Positions 1 to 14,520 of a stretch of 64,000 nt of DNA are shown in pieces. The DNA lies in contig OX597840.1 in the NCBI GenBank assembly GCA_951406725.2, forward strand, positions 27,838,001 to 27,902,000. The letters run 5' to 3'. Each line of letters begins with the position of its first letter. Positions within the stretch are counted from its first letter, which is position 1. This DNA is from Octopus vulgaris. Lineage: Eukaryota. The notes beneath the pieces were generated by a model. It searched no databases. It was given only the letters and a program-made list of their open reading frames with translations, and was not told the origin of the DNA. The translations under genes and the position numbers were made by a program.

Positions 1-255
1 CCTTCTTCTTCTATTTCTATACTCCTTCTTCTTCTATTTCTTTTTCTTCTTCTTCTTCTTCTTCTTCTTCTTCTTCTTCTTCTTCTTCTTCTTCTTCTCC
101 TTCTTCTTCTTCCTCTTCTCTTTCTCTATATATACATATATACATATTATGTACATATATATATATATCCATATATATATATGCGCGTGTGTGAGTATGC
201 ATGTCTGGATTTGTGGAGTTGTATACATATGTGTGCTGTGTGTATGTGAGTGTGT

Positions 256-344
<89 letters not shown>

Positions 345-428
345 TATACACTCACACATACACAACACTCATATCTATAACAAATCCAGACATGCATACG
401 CATATATATCTGTATGTAAGTATGTATG

Positions 429-459
<31 letters not shown>

Positions 460-1464
460 GTATATTTGTTTTGATACCTACACACATGCACACACACGCA
501 CCGTAATACACATACAAGCACATTTATTATGTGTAGGTGTTTCGCCAAAAATTCATTGACGTATACATTTAGTCGGTCCATTAGTGAAATAAGTTTTCCT
601 TCTCTAACTCTTTCTATCCAATTCTCTTTCTATTTTTCTTCCTCCCCCGCTTTCCTTCCTCTATCTGTTTATATATCTATCTATCTATCTGTCTATCTAT
701 TTGTCTGTCTGTCTGTCTGTCTGTGTGTCTATTTGTGTGTCTATCTTAACCGTTTCTAAGTCAGTTGGTTTCGGGCTGCTAACAGCCCTGCTTGCTACGT
801 CACATCCGGTACGTGCAATAATGTTATTATAGCAGCCATGTTGTGTGTGTGTTGCTGCACTTTGAGTAGTTGCGTCAGGGAAGCCCCACAAATCGGGGAA
901 CCTTCGGGATAATAACCAAATTAACAAATTAAAAACAAAACAAACAACCAAAATAATATAATAAACTTATAAATAGACAAACAAACACACACAAAAAAAA
1001 AGCATCAAGCAATATTAAATAAGAAGGGAAGACGCCAAAAATAAGCGGGTAATGGCATGGGAAGGAGAAGACATATTTTAGGGGAAACCCTTAAAGTTTC
1101 TACATCGGCAGAATGTTTAGTGACTTTGCGCATGTGTATGGATTACGTTTAATATTTGAGTCGCTAATTGATCTCAATTTGGGTGTTAAATAAACCGATG
1201 AATATTAAGGGATAGGTGGGCGGCGATGGCGGCGGCGGTGGTGTGGGTGTTGTTGTTGTTGTTAGTGGTGGTGGTGGTGGTGGTGGTTTTGGTGGTGGTG
1301 GTGGTGGTTTTGGTGGTGGTGGTGGTGAGAGATATCGTTGTCTTGTCGCAGGGAACGGAAAGTAGTGGGCGTTTTGTGTGTGATTGTGTGTGAGTGTGTA
1401 TGTACGTGTGAGTGCGTTTGTGTGTGTGAATCTGTGTATATCCGTGTATCTTTCTGTATGAGTA

Positions 1465-1517
<53 letters not shown>

Positions 1518-1542
1518 ATATATATACATATATACACACACT

Positions 1543-1578
<36 letters not shown>

Positions 1579-1593
1579 CACGTGTGTGTGTAC

Positions 1594-1624
<31 letters not shown>

Positions 1625-1639
1625 TGTATGTATGTATGT

Positions 1640-1719
<80 letters not shown>

Positions 1720-2061
1720 ATACACAGACAAACAGGAGGATATAAAGACAGAATGTACAGAGTATGGAAGAGAGACGAAGTTTGTGGGCGGAAAATAGTG
1801 AAGAAAGGAGACAGATTTTGTCTCATCGGAAAAAAACGTTTTGAGTTCAAGTCGTGCAACATCCAGGACCCCACGCATTAATTTCACGTAAGCTATTCCG
1901 TTGGACGAGCAACTGAATAGCCCCCGTCGTGACCGACGGACGACCCCCAATATCCACAATGGTCCAACTGAGAAATTTAAAGGTGATTTAGCTGTTATTT
2001 CTAGCGGTTCATGTAAACTGTCAGATGTTACTCTTTTTAGCTTGGATTATTCTTGTAATGT

Positions 2062-2441
2062 GGAGGTGCAATGGTCCAGTGGTTAGGGCCGCGGATTCGC
2101 CGTCGTAGGGTCGCGGTTTCGATTCTCAGACCGGGCGTTGTGAGTGTTTATTGAGCGAAAACACCTAAAGCTCCACGAGGCTTCGGTAGGGGGTGGTGGT
2201 GAACCCTGATGCACTCTTTCACCACAGCTTTCTCTCACTCATTCTTCCTGTTTCTGTTGTACCTGCATTTTTAAAGGGCCAGCCTTGTCACGCACTCTAT
2301 GTCACGCTGAATCTCCCTGAGAACTACATTAAGGGTACACATGTCTGTGGAGTACTCAGCCACTGACTCGTTAATTTCACGAGCAGGATGTTCCGTTGAT
2401 CGGATCAACTGGAACCCTCGTCCTCGTAACCCACGGAGTGC
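2062..2441 (+). mobile_element. tRNA-derived SINE, family A, full length
   Basis: Head GGAGGTGCAATGGTCCAGTGGTTAGG...GGTTTCGATTC carries A and B boxes; the body matches copies at 17669, 49503 and 62761. Confidence 0.9.
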
Positions 2442-2794
2442 CACGATTCTTTTATTAGTGAGCTGCGGAAAATTAAGTGGGAATATTTACTGAGGCCTAA
2501 ATTCTATGCATTTTGAGGGACTTCAAGGGTTTTTGTGATGGGCGAGTTGATTTGTTGAATTGTTTCGCTCAGGATCGGCCCTCAACGAGAAGACTTATGG
2601 CGAAATGCGCTCCAGCCTTTAATATCCAAATTTTTTCTAAAAGCCAATCGACAATTTTGTCCAATATGTCCTCCGTTTATACATATGGATAGTGGTCGTG
2701 ATTTGAAGTATATTTGGCTGTTATTTTTTTGAGAAACTGAACGACCACGCAGAAGAATCCTCACTGATGTTGAGGGGTGAAGTAATTCTTTCTA

Positions 2795-3090
2795 CTCTCG
2801 ACACAAGGCCAGCAACTTTAGAAGATTACATCGACCCGAGTACTCAAATGGTGTTTACTTTATCGACCCCGAAAAAAATGAAAAGCAAACAGCAAGTTTG
2901 TGGAAAGGACTAAGCCGATTACATCAATCTCAGTGCCCAAATGGTACTTAATTTATCGACCACGAAAAAAAAAAAAGAAAAATCGATAAATCGAAAAGTC
3001 GACAACGGCGGAATTTGAACTCAAAAAGAAAAGACGGCTGAAATACCGCTTAGCATTTTTTTCCAGCGTGCTAACGATTGCGCCAGCTCG
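2795..3090 (-). mobile_element. Degraded SINE family C (partly duplicated)
   Basis: ATCGACCCCGAAA...GGCGGAATTTGAACTC...GCGTGCTAACG motifs are shared with other C copies. Confidence 0.75.
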
Positions 3091-3507
3091 TCGTCTCGGC
3101 TTGGATGACTATTAAATTACGGAATGTAAAATATTTTCGCTGATTCAACCCATTTTACTACATATATTAATCAGCATCTGGGATTACAATCACAGTTATG
3201 CTTATGACCTTTAAATGTAATGTATGGTTCACAAATCACTGAAGATTCTAGCGTATCATTTATTATTAGATTGGCAGCATTCATTGTTAGGTTGCTAAAC
3301 ATAGATTCTGAGAGGCGTTGGTGATGTTGCTTAAAAGTTGACTATGATACTTGCGACCCTTCATCACGAACGTGTATTTCCGTTATTTTCCGTAAATGCA
3401 TGAATGTTTTTGGAGTTTTTATATTTTAAATATTCGTATTGATAATATCAGTTCTTCAGTTGTCAACACAAACATTAAGGATCCATAAACATGCATATGC
3501 ATGCATA

Positions 3508-4138
3508 CGAGGGGATGCTGAAAAAAAAAGGCTTCTGGCTTTTGGTAAAAGAAAATACAGGAAAAACAGTTACTCTTTTACGTGTTTCAGTCATTTGACT
3601 GCGGCCATGCTGGAGCACCGCCTTTAATCGAGCAACTCGACCCCAGGACTTATTCTTTGTAAGCCCAGTATTCTATCGGTCTCTTTTGCCGAACCGCTAA
3701 GTGACAGGGACATAAACACACCAGCATCTGTTGACAAGCAATGCTAGGCAGTCAAACACAAACATAAACACACACACACATATACATATATATATACATA
3801 CATATATACGACGGGCTTCTTTCAGTTTCCGTCAACCAAATCCACTCACAAGGCTTTGGTCGGCCCGAGGCTATAGTAGAAGACACTTGCCCAAGGTGCC
3901 ACGCAGTGGGACTGAATCCGGAACCATGTGGTTGGTAAACAAGCTACTTACCACACAGCCACACCTGCGCCTATGATTTAATTATGATTTTATTCACCAT
4001 TTTCCCCTCTCAGATTGAAACACTTATCGCAGTGGTCCTTCAATTTTTCTGAACCCTGTAAAAGAACTCGGAAGGTTGGGCCCCTAACCAGGCCTTTCGT
4101 GATAGCCTTAAATCCAGGAACATTTCAGCGCCCCTAGG
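3508..4138 (-). mobile_element. Mariner-derived MITE/deletion derivative, interrupted by a SINE B
   Basis: TA|CGAGGGGATGCTGAAA at the left and TTTCAGCGCCCCT at the right form imperfect TIRs; the interior resembles a decayed transposase C-terminus (QPSEFFY...). Confidence 0.6.
3570..3972 (-). mobile_element. SINE family B (tRNA head, CORE-like segment, internal microsatellite), full length
   Basis: Head AGGCGCAGG-GTGGCTGTGTGGTAAG, B box GGATTCAGTCCC, CORE-like ACCTTGGGCAAGT and tail ...GACTGAAACACGTAAAAGAGTAA; many copies in the window. Confidence 0.9.
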
Positions 4139-4146
4139 ATATATAC

Positions 4147-4375
4147 CTATTTCTTACTAACCACAAGGGGCTAAACATAGAGAGAGAGAGGACAAACAAG
4201 GACAGACAAACGGATTAAGTCGGTTACACCGACCCCAGTACGTAACTGGTTCTTAATTTATCGACCCCGAAAGGATGAAAGGGAAAGTCGACCTCGGCAG
4301 AATTTGAACTCAGAACGTAATGGCAGACGAAATACCGCAAAGCATTTCGCCCGGCGTGCTAACGTTTCTGCCAGC
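4147..4375 (-). mobile_element. SINE family C monomer
   Basis: TGGCAGAAACGTTAGC (A-box-like) and GAGTTCAAATTC (B box); matches other C copies. Confidence 0.9.
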
Positions 4376-4418
4376 CTTTTGGCTCACCCCTAGGATATAT
4401 GCCATAATACATCGCACG

Positions 4419-4515
<97 letters not shown>

Positions 4516-4787
4516 CTATATATATATTCAAGAAGAGACCTACACACAAACACACTATCTTTCTCACTCACACACACGTATTATTACTTATGATATAAAT
4601 TAATATACAAGCAACAATCTTATGGTTGAAAAGTCAAAGAAAGAGGCGCTCTACACATTTATTAGGCGTTACATGTATTCTTATTTGGAGACATCTGATG
4701 CAGTACCAGACAGTGACTCATAGATTCTGTTCTTAACAGATTGAGAGTTTTAAGATTTACATGTTTCGTTTTGGTGAAAAAGGTGCG

Positions 4788-5332
4788 TTACAGCAAATAT
4801 TCAGCTCTATACCACAGATTTGCTTTAATGCCCTGATGCAGTTCCAGTTAGTGGCTCTCGTGGCTTCCGATCTTAACTGATTCGAAGTATTATCATGTAC
4901 ATTGTTTTGTCTTGGTGTAAAAGATGGGCTACAGCAAATATTCTGCTCTATACCACAGATTTGCTTTAATGCCCTGATGCAGTTCCAGGCAGTAGCTCTC
5001 ATGGCTCCTGATCTTAACTGATTCGAAATATTATCATGTATATTGTTTTGTCTTGGTATAAAAGATGGGCTACAGCAAATATTCTGCCCAATACCACAGA
5101 CTTGCTTGTCAGCTGTTTGACCTTAATCAGTTGAGCATGTCCCTTGGTGGCTGACGATATGTGCATCTCTGATTACGAATTCGAGAAGTGGAGGAGCATC
5201 ATAACCATGTGTTCAAATGAATTATTTGGGGTTTGAATAATTCACTTCTGGAAGCAGGAGTGTTTTGTTCAACATCCTTAAACAACCCTTATTCAGGGAG
5301 ATTTTGAGAGAGATGCATTGGTCTCTTTCACT
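4788..5332 (+). mobile_element. Interspersed repeat family D with 141-bp internal tandem units and an (AAT)n tail
   Basis: TACAGCAAATATT recurs at 4789, 4930 and 5071; homologous to the reverse complement of 13581-14130; followed by (AAT)n. Confidence 0.8.
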
Positions 5333-5333
5333 G

Positions 5334-5401
<68 letters not shown>

Positions 5402-5420
5402 TAATAATAATAATAATAAC

Positions 5421-5453
<33 letters not shown>

Positions 5454-5689
5454 TTCTACAATAGGCACAAGGTCTAAGATTTTGGGGGAAGGGATTAGTC
5501 AATTACATCGACCCCTCTGCTTAACTGATACTTATTTAATCGATTCTGAAAGGATGAAAGTCCAAGTCAACTTCAGCGGAATTTGAACTGAGAACGTATC
5601 TATAGATAGATAGATATACATACATTTATTTATAGGTGTATACATATACATATATAAATATGTATGCACGTGTGACCACTCTGTCCGGC

Positions 5690-5880
5690 ATTCGCCATGA
5701 TAGATCGCTAGCCACTGAACCTTTTTTTATTTTCTCTCCCTGTTTATTTCTGTGTTCCTTTCTGTTGAAGAGCGTAGACTCGAAACGTAAAATACTTTCT
5801 CATTTCCCGAGCGTTAAACTAATACATATGTTTGCTGTTTACACTCCCGTCTTCGACTTTTGATTGTTTTGTAAATTCTC
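5690..5880 (+). mobile_element. Family E short element (Penelope-like terminal remnant) with a variant hammerhead
   Basis: Homologous to the reverse complement of 16725-16935; contains CTGTTGA-A-GAGCGTAGACTC-GAAACGTA. Confidence 0.65.
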
Positions 5881-5910
5881 ACAACATACACACACACACA
5901 CACACACACT

Positions 5911-5949
<39 letters not shown>

Positions 5950-5999
5950 GGATAGATAGATAAATATACATATATATACATACATATATATATATATAT

Positions 6000-6043
<44 letters not shown>

Positions 6044-6064
6044 ACAGACATCTATATATATACA

Positions 6065-6447
6065 CTAGCAGTATCGCCCGGCGTTGCTCAGGTTTGTAAG
6101 GGAAATAACTATAAAGCATTTTTAGAGAGTTATAGCCAAAAAATAGCAAAAAAATGGAAAAAAATGATGGTAAATTTTTTTTTGAGTTAAAAAAGGTGGA
6201 GTTGCGTCCCCTAGACGGTCTGTGGTTTGGGTTTCTGATTCTCGACCCCATGTCGAATTTATCGATATTTTTCAGAACTGGGGGAACTTTTCAAAATTTT
6301 CGCTCCGTTAGTTTTGAATTATGACATTGGGCTATGTGTGTGTCAAGTTTCATCAGAATCGGTTGAAAGCCGTGGTCAGAGTGAGGGTACGAGAAAACAG
6401 ACACACAGAAACACGCACAGACAAACTGCCGTTTATATAGAGAGAGA
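6065..6447 (-). mobile_element. Non-autonomous Helitron
   Basis: The minus strand reads A|TC...GAGCAACGCCGGGCGATACTG-CTAG|T: TC start, subterminal hairpin, CTAG end, AT target and no TSD. Confidence 0.85.
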
Positions 6448-6693
6448 TATATGTACGTATGTATACATATGTATGAATATATTTATGCATATATATAATG
6501 TATATACAGAGAGAGAGAGAGAGAGAAAGGAGAGTGAGTGAGAATGAGACTTAGTAATAGGTGCACATATATAATTCGATAGATGCGTAGTTACTTGGAC
6601 AACCGGATAGTTGGACAAAGTGTTTGAGAAAGTGATAGATAGACAGATAGATAGGTAGGTAGATAGATTGATAGATAGATAGATAGATAGATG

Positions 6694-6736
<43 letters not shown>

Positions 6737-7497
6737 CCTGCGAAAGAGACCATTTTGCAATGTGTATGAGCAGATTACACCTGTATGTGTGTTTGTGTGT
6801 GTGTGTGTGTATGTGTGTGTGCGCGGTGTGTGCGCGTGCATCTGTATGTGCGCGCGTGCGCGGGCGCATGCGTGTCGCTATACAATAAAGTAAAGTTTCC
6901 TCAATGTTTCGAGAGTTCTATCGGTGTTAATAAAGTCATTGAACACGAAAGATTTTGTAAAGCGGCAGCTGAGGGAAAACTTGTCTTTCTTTTCCTCCCT
7001 TGTTAGTCCCGACACCGTTCTTGCTCTCCCCCATCACACCTATCTCTCGTCACCTTCCTCTCCTCTCCTTTCTCTCTATCTCTCTCTCTCGCTAATTCAC
7101 ACATTCTCTCATCCTCTCGTTTTCTCGGTTTTAGTGAAAAGGATTAATAAACGCAGATTAAAACGTGAAAAACGAATTCGATTCGGTTGTCAGGTGTATA
7201 TCAATATATGTGTATGTGTGCGTTGTGTGTCTGTGTGTATATACATGTGTACGACACACAACCACATAATACATATACATGTATACACACACATATACAT
7301 ATACGTATGTATATGTGTATATATATATACATATATATGCATGTATATATGTATTCATATATACATACGTGTGTTAGGGTCTGAATAAATTGTGTGTGAG
7401 AATATACACAATACCCAATACACACAGGCACACACACATATATATGTATATACATACATACATATATACATATATCTATATCCATATACTTATTTAC

Positions 7498-7534
<37 letters not shown>

Positions 7535-7668
7535 AGTATATATATGCATATATATGTATATATATATGGATATGGATATAGATATATATAGTAGCTTCAA
7601 ATTTATATATAGTAATACGTATTTTTTAGTGTAAGTATATATAGCATATACATAGATATACACAAAAT

Positions 7669-7717
<49 letters not shown>

Positions 7718-7962
7718 TTATACACATATATATATATACACACACAAATATATATTTATATATACATATTTACTATATCTATATACAAAGATATGCATAG
7801 GCATATATATATATACACGTATATACACCTATATACAAGCACATGCATATATATATACATATATACACATAAATGTATCTATAAATATAGACGGGTTTGC
7901 GTTGTATGCGTGTATATATATATATATGTATGTATATATATATATATATATGCATAACTATT

Positions 7963-7993
<31 letters not shown>

Positions 7994-8048
7994 ATACACA
8001 AATACTCATACATACACACACATATAAACATATGTATATGTATGTATG

Positions 8049-8110
<62 letters not shown>

Positions 8111-8492
8111 TTCTCTTGTGGTTGCTACACAATTTGCTTCATTAGCCAATGCTAAAATCCTCACCTCAAGTGCGTTCAAGACGGAACCTTCACGTTTTAA
8201 TATCTCGCCCAGCAGTCATTCGCCTTGCAACAAGCTTTGTTACCATTCACTATATTAACACTTAGTCTAACACTATTTTACTTCTTTTATACTTTAAGCG
8301 TTTGCTTTACAACATATATTTATTGTAAGACCTCTGTAATGCTACGACTGCAGCGTTCGTCTGTCTTTCTTTCTTCTCCTGAATAGCTTTTTTCTCTATT
8401 CTCACTAATACTAACTCTTTTCTACCCCAGTGAAGACTTTCCTGCAATAACTTTCTGTTTCTTATTCACACGCACACACACACACACACACT

Positions 8493-8523
<31 letters not shown>

Positions 8524-8840
8524 ACACACACACACACACACAAGCACGCACACACAAAACACAAACAAACTAACACACACTTACACATACACACAGACAT
8601 ATATACACAACGTGTTTCTCACCATCTCTCACCCTCTTATGTATATACTGCATATATATATATATGTGAGTGTGTGTGTGTGTGTATACATATATATATA
8701 TATATATATATGAGTGTGTGTGAGTATATATATATACATATATACATTATTTATTATATAATGAATATATACTTACATACAAAAGCACACACACTCTCTC
8801 ACTCTGTCTCTCTCTATGTATATATATATATATATATATG

Positions 8841-8888
<48 letters not shown>

Positions 8889-8910
8889 CGTGCGCGCGCA
8901 TACACACACT

Positions 8911-9330
8911 TTAGCTGAGTATCCCGTTGTTGCCGGGCAATTTTCGCAATCGAATGCATTGGTGGACCTTCGGAATAGCACACCCATTTTGCTGGGGATT
9001 TTAAAAAATTTTTCCACCACACACTTGCAAATAATGGAGGCAAGTTCCTTATAAAAATTATTTTGCAAAGTTATGAATCCCGCCACTTCCTGACCGGACG
9101 TTTTTTCTTCTTTTTTCTTTTTTTTTCTTTGCTCTGAAGTATGCTCTGAGAAACATTCAGGGAAGCCTTTACAGTAAAAATTTGAAAAATAATTTTTGAA
9201 AATTTACGAATTTTTCAAACACTTCTCTACCAATGAGCACCGATTTGGGTCATTTTTTTTTTTCACTCGGCGTTTAAAAACGATAGAAGCTTTGATGTTG
9301 AGAAAAAAATTTGTAAATCGTCGACCACCA
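8911..9330 (-). mobile_element. Degraded Helitron-like element (3' end)
   Basis: CCCG-TTGTTGC-CGGG hairpin about 10 bp from a CTAA end on the minus strand; the 5' boundary is uncertain. Confidence 0.45.
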
Positions 9331-9744
9331 TTACAATCCTGACTTCCTTTCTTTTCAAACAGAAAATGAAACGTAGTTTTGAAACAAGACTGAATTTGAT
9401 TTAATTTGTTCATTAAACCCGCCCCAGTCTTTGCTCGTCATCAGGCTGGAGTAGCTTGTCTTGCTAATTGGAGATGCCTATCTAGCCTTTGCAAACATAT
9501 AAGAATCCTAGACTCAGAAACTAGTCTCTGGATGCATGCTTAGCTGGGTGATGGTGTTTATCTCCCCCTTGCAATCATGAGGACACAGCAAATGTATCAA
9601 GGCCGACAGGAAGCGTTGCTGCTGCCTAGGGCTAAATAGCAGTAGTATGATTCCCTTCACGGGACTGTCACGTTAAGTTGACAGAATACAAATACTTTAT
9701 CGTACCACTACTGTATAAATCTCTCTGAGATATTTAGAAATGTA

Positions 9745-9801
<57 letters not shown>

Positions 9802-10188
9802 AAGATACGGGTTATGAATGTAACCCACTATGGGATATCAGTTATCCAATATACTGCTGGTAATATAATATTTGTATTATTATATTACATATTGATTTAT
9901 ATTGTTTCGTTTGATTTTGATTTTCTCATTTGTATAATTAATAAATAATGTAAAATTGTAATATCCGTAAGTTGATGAACGAGATGAATTTGTTTCTCCA
10001 TTTTCTTATTTGCATATATATATATATATATATAATATGTATATATATTATATATTTTTTGCGTGTGTATGTAAATATGCAAATATATACCCTATGAGAC
10101 AAAGTCACAGTTTTATATATACAGAGAGTGTAGGCATATTTAGACCCAAACATATCTTTTTCTAATCTTCGTCTGTCTGCTCTCCCAA

Positions 10189-10229
<41 letters not shown>

Positions 10230-10276
10230 CTACCTATCTATCTATCTATCTATCTCTATATATATATGCATATGTA

Positions 10277-10338
<62 letters not shown>

Positions 10339-10880
10339 TACGTACATACATGTTTACATACATACATATGTACATACATGCATGAAGATATACGTTCGAA
10401 TATAATGCACAAGAAAGCGAGCGAAGCGACAGGTAAGAAGAAAAGATGAAGCGAACTGCTTTAGCTGGTAGTTGTGGGTAATTTTTAAAAGGTACCTTGA
10501 TTATACTTCACTGAAGCAAGGTAGGTTTCGCATGTGAACGAGTCACTGGTATTCGTCATAGCAGTCCCAGGTGTTCTCAGCTGGGGATTTTTTGGCATTA
10601 GTGAATTAGAAACAATACAGGTTCGCTAGAAACTCACCTGTATATTTACTCAAAGGGAATCCACATTTTTCTTTAGCATTTTAAACATTTCGTACGCTTG
10701 TTTTTCTTTCTTTTTTTTTTTGTTCTTGTTCTTGTTCTTATAGTATGTCGTACCTAATCTGGACTTAGATCTCATTCTTTCTCTCTCTACCTCATTTTCT
10801 TTCCCTTTGTGTATAATAATCTACCTGTCTATCGATCGATCTGCCTGTCTGCCTGTCTGTCTGTCTGTCTGTCTGTCTGC

Positions 10881-10915
<35 letters not shown>

Positions 10916-10935
10916 TCTGTTTGTCTGTGTGTCTG

Positions 10936-10996
<61 letters not shown>

Positions 10997-11011
10997 TTGT
11001 CTATCTGTCTG

Positions 11012-11166
<155 letters not shown>

Positions 11167-11217
11167 GCCTCTCTCTCTCTAATGTGTGCATTAGCTTCTC
11201 TTTTCAGTTACTTTCAC

Positions 11218-11264
<47 letters not shown>

Positions 11265-11273
11265 GTATATGTG

Positions 11274-11336
<63 letters not shown>

Positions 11337-11338
<2 letters not shown>

Positions 11339-11442
11339 AGGCGCAGTGGACTCGCGGTCGTAGGATCGCGGTTTCGATTCCCAGACCGGGCGTTGTGGGT
11401 TTTTATTGAGCGAAAACACCTAAAAGCTCATCAAGGCTTCGG
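11337..11442 (+). mobile_element. SINE A head fragment
   Basis: GGAGGCGCAGTGGACTCGCGGTCGTAGGATCGCGGTTTCGATTCCCAGACCGGGCG with an internal deletion. Confidence 0.85.
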
Positions 11443-11727
11443 TAGCCTTGTTCTGTCTCGTGTGGATATGTTTAGCACTAGGTTGGACCTGCTGAAGAAA
11501 ATCAAACCTTGTGAGTTCTCCATGACTCGCTAAAAGATGATCAGGAACCAATTGGTCCAGCAAAGTAGATGGTAAATGTTTTTGATTTCCAAATTTATTC
11601 CTGTCGAATTTTATCACAAAATTTTTTATGCGGTCATAGAACTTAGCTGTTCTTTCTAATGCGTAGAATCCCTATAAGTGGATTCTCTATGTGTTTAAAT
11701 ATACACTATATCGTGTATATATATATA

Positions 11728-12113
<386 letters not shown>

Positions 12114-13255
12114 TAATTATGCACAATTAGGCTCACATACGCATATGATTATGGGTAGATGGTGCCTTGTGAAACACGAGGACAGACAGACGGTTAGCTA
12201 GTTATTATAAATAGATAGATTCATAGATAGATAGATAAGGCGGCAAAGAAAAAATAAATGGAATGTGTGTGATTGTTGTGAAGGATGGTGAATGAAAGGA
12301 AAAAAGGAAAAATACGGGCATATTAATGAACGTGGGTATATATCTCTGCGCGAATTTATTTCCTTATATACAAGAGTGCATGGAGAGACTGAGCATTTAA
12401 TGTGTAGAAAAAAAAATGTGGGTATAGAGAACGGAATCAATAAAATATGAAACTAGAAACGTTAAGAAATTGAATGAATTCTGGGAAGAAGATTAGTGAA
12501 ATATAAAAAAATATATTTTTTTTTTTAAATAAGGGAACGGAAATGGCAAAAAAAATGAAAATAAGGGAGAGAAACGAGAGAAGGAAAAGTGAGAGAAATT
12601 AGGTATAAAAAATGGAAGTTAAACGTATTTTAGTTGTCATTTTGGTTTAGCGAGGGAGTGACAATAATTCAGCTGCCGTTTGTCGAATAATAATAAAAAA
12701 AAAAAAAAAAGAGAAAAGGAATATTTAATATAACTTTAGAAGAAAGCATCTGCTGATAATGTCTCAGGGTGAGACAGTTTCGGAGTTCAACGAAAATGAG
12801 GTCATAATGTTTGAACTCGCAATCACCTGCTGTCATACGCGAAGAGAAATCTCCTTTCGTTGACAAGGAATATTCTTGCTAATCGCCGCGTTTGTGTTAT
12901 TCCTTGAGAAGTTTAGCAGATTGTCTGACAAAAAGAATCGCATCGGATCGAGTCGTTGGTTGGCATTATGTGAAACCAAGTATTGACTAGTGTCGCCTGC
13001 CAACACGCCACTACCACCAATACAACCACCACCACCACTACCACTAACACCACCACCAACCCGCCGCCCTCAGCAAGGATATTTTAACGATTTTTTGTTC
13101 TTTAAATTAATACTTCCGTTGGTGGCGCTCGTGTAGAAAGTAAAGTTGTTTCTCGTTTGAATCGTGCCCAGGAAAAGAAAGCATTTAAGACGGAATGTAA
13201 AAATATAAATGTTTGAAGGATAATGTGCACAACCTGGGTGCAACCTACGTTTTGT

Positions 13256-13367
<112 letters not shown>

Positions 13368-13580
13368 AGTATATATATATATATATATATATAAATTAAT
13401 CAAAATAAAAACATGATGCCAAGGATTCAGTGGTACATATGTTACGGGCCTTTATTAGACGGATTTATAACAATGCATAATGTATGTCTGTGGCCTTCTT
13501 CAGCCGCGCACAACAACTTCCACAAATATATACATATTTCAAAATATCATTCTACTTCTCTTTCTCTTCTTCTTCTTCTT

Positions 13581-14130
13581 GATTGAGAGAGCAGCGCATG
13601 CCATTAATGTGAAACAGGGGTACATATATAAGGAATCAAGTATACCCATCATGACTACCCATCTGATAAGGGTACAGCAGGCACATGCATCACAACCAGA
13701 TGTGTGCGACATGGTGATCTCAAGTCAAGATAAACAGCGCATGACCTTGTAGGTGGGGCCCAGTTAGAATTTTTTTGAGGTCGAATAGCCCATATCACTC
13801 AAAAGGTCCCTGAATAAGGATTGTTTAAGGATGTTGAACAAACCACCCATGTTTCCAGAGGTGAATTATTCAAAGCCCAATGAAGCCCTCTCAACACTAT
13901 AATGCTCCTCCACTACTTCTGCTCATGATCAGAGATGCACATACGTCAGCCACTAAGAGATATGCTCAACTGGTTAAGGTCAAACAACTGACAAGCAAAT
14001 CTGTGGTATTGAGCAGAATATTTGTTGTAGCCCATCTATTTATATCAAGACAAAACAATGTACATAATAACACTTCCAATCAGTTAAGATCAGGAGCCAT
14101 GCCACTGCCTGGTACTTCATCAGGGCATTT
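13581..14130 (-). mobile_element. Interspersed repeat family D, longer copy
   Basis: Its reverse complement matches 4960-5300 over several hundred bp; flanked by triplet microsatellites. Confidence 0.8.
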
Positions 14131-14134
14131 ATTA

Positions 14135-14215
<81 letters not shown>

Positions 14216-14229
14216 TTATTATTATTATT

Positions 14230-14391
14230 TTGGTGTGTCTCAGGTTCGGTCTTATCCCTGCTAGGAATTCTGTGGATAACGAGTTAATACATATGTCCTT
14301 AGGTATCCACAAGTTTCCAGCAGTTTATCAAGTGCTTGGAACCCTTCACATAATCCTCGATGTTCCTATGAGACAAACTTTCTGTAGGAGC
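14230..14391 (-). mobile_element. 3' end of an R4/Dong-clade LINE with a (TAA)n tail
   Basis: The minus strand translates to LLQKVCLIGTSRIM*RV, resembling the R4/Dong terminal LQKxxLLGTxxILRRVL motif; a short UTR then runs into (AAT)n. Confidence 0.65.
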
Positions 14392-14441
14392 TATTCTTCT
14401 TCTTCTTCTTCTTCTTCTTCTTCTTCTTCTTCTTCTTCTCT

Positions 14442-14476
<35 letters not shown>

Positions 14477-14485
14477 TCTTCTTCT

Positions 14486-14520
<35 letters not shown>

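Noticed and set aside
13470-13510. CTGAAGAAGGCC (minus strand) as a hammerhead
   Set aside because: Only the 5' half of the core is present; no GAAA or closing stems.
14100-14130. CTGATGA in repeat D (minus strand) as a hammerhead
   Set aside because: There is no properly placed GAAA or stem III, and the other copy reads CTGATGC.
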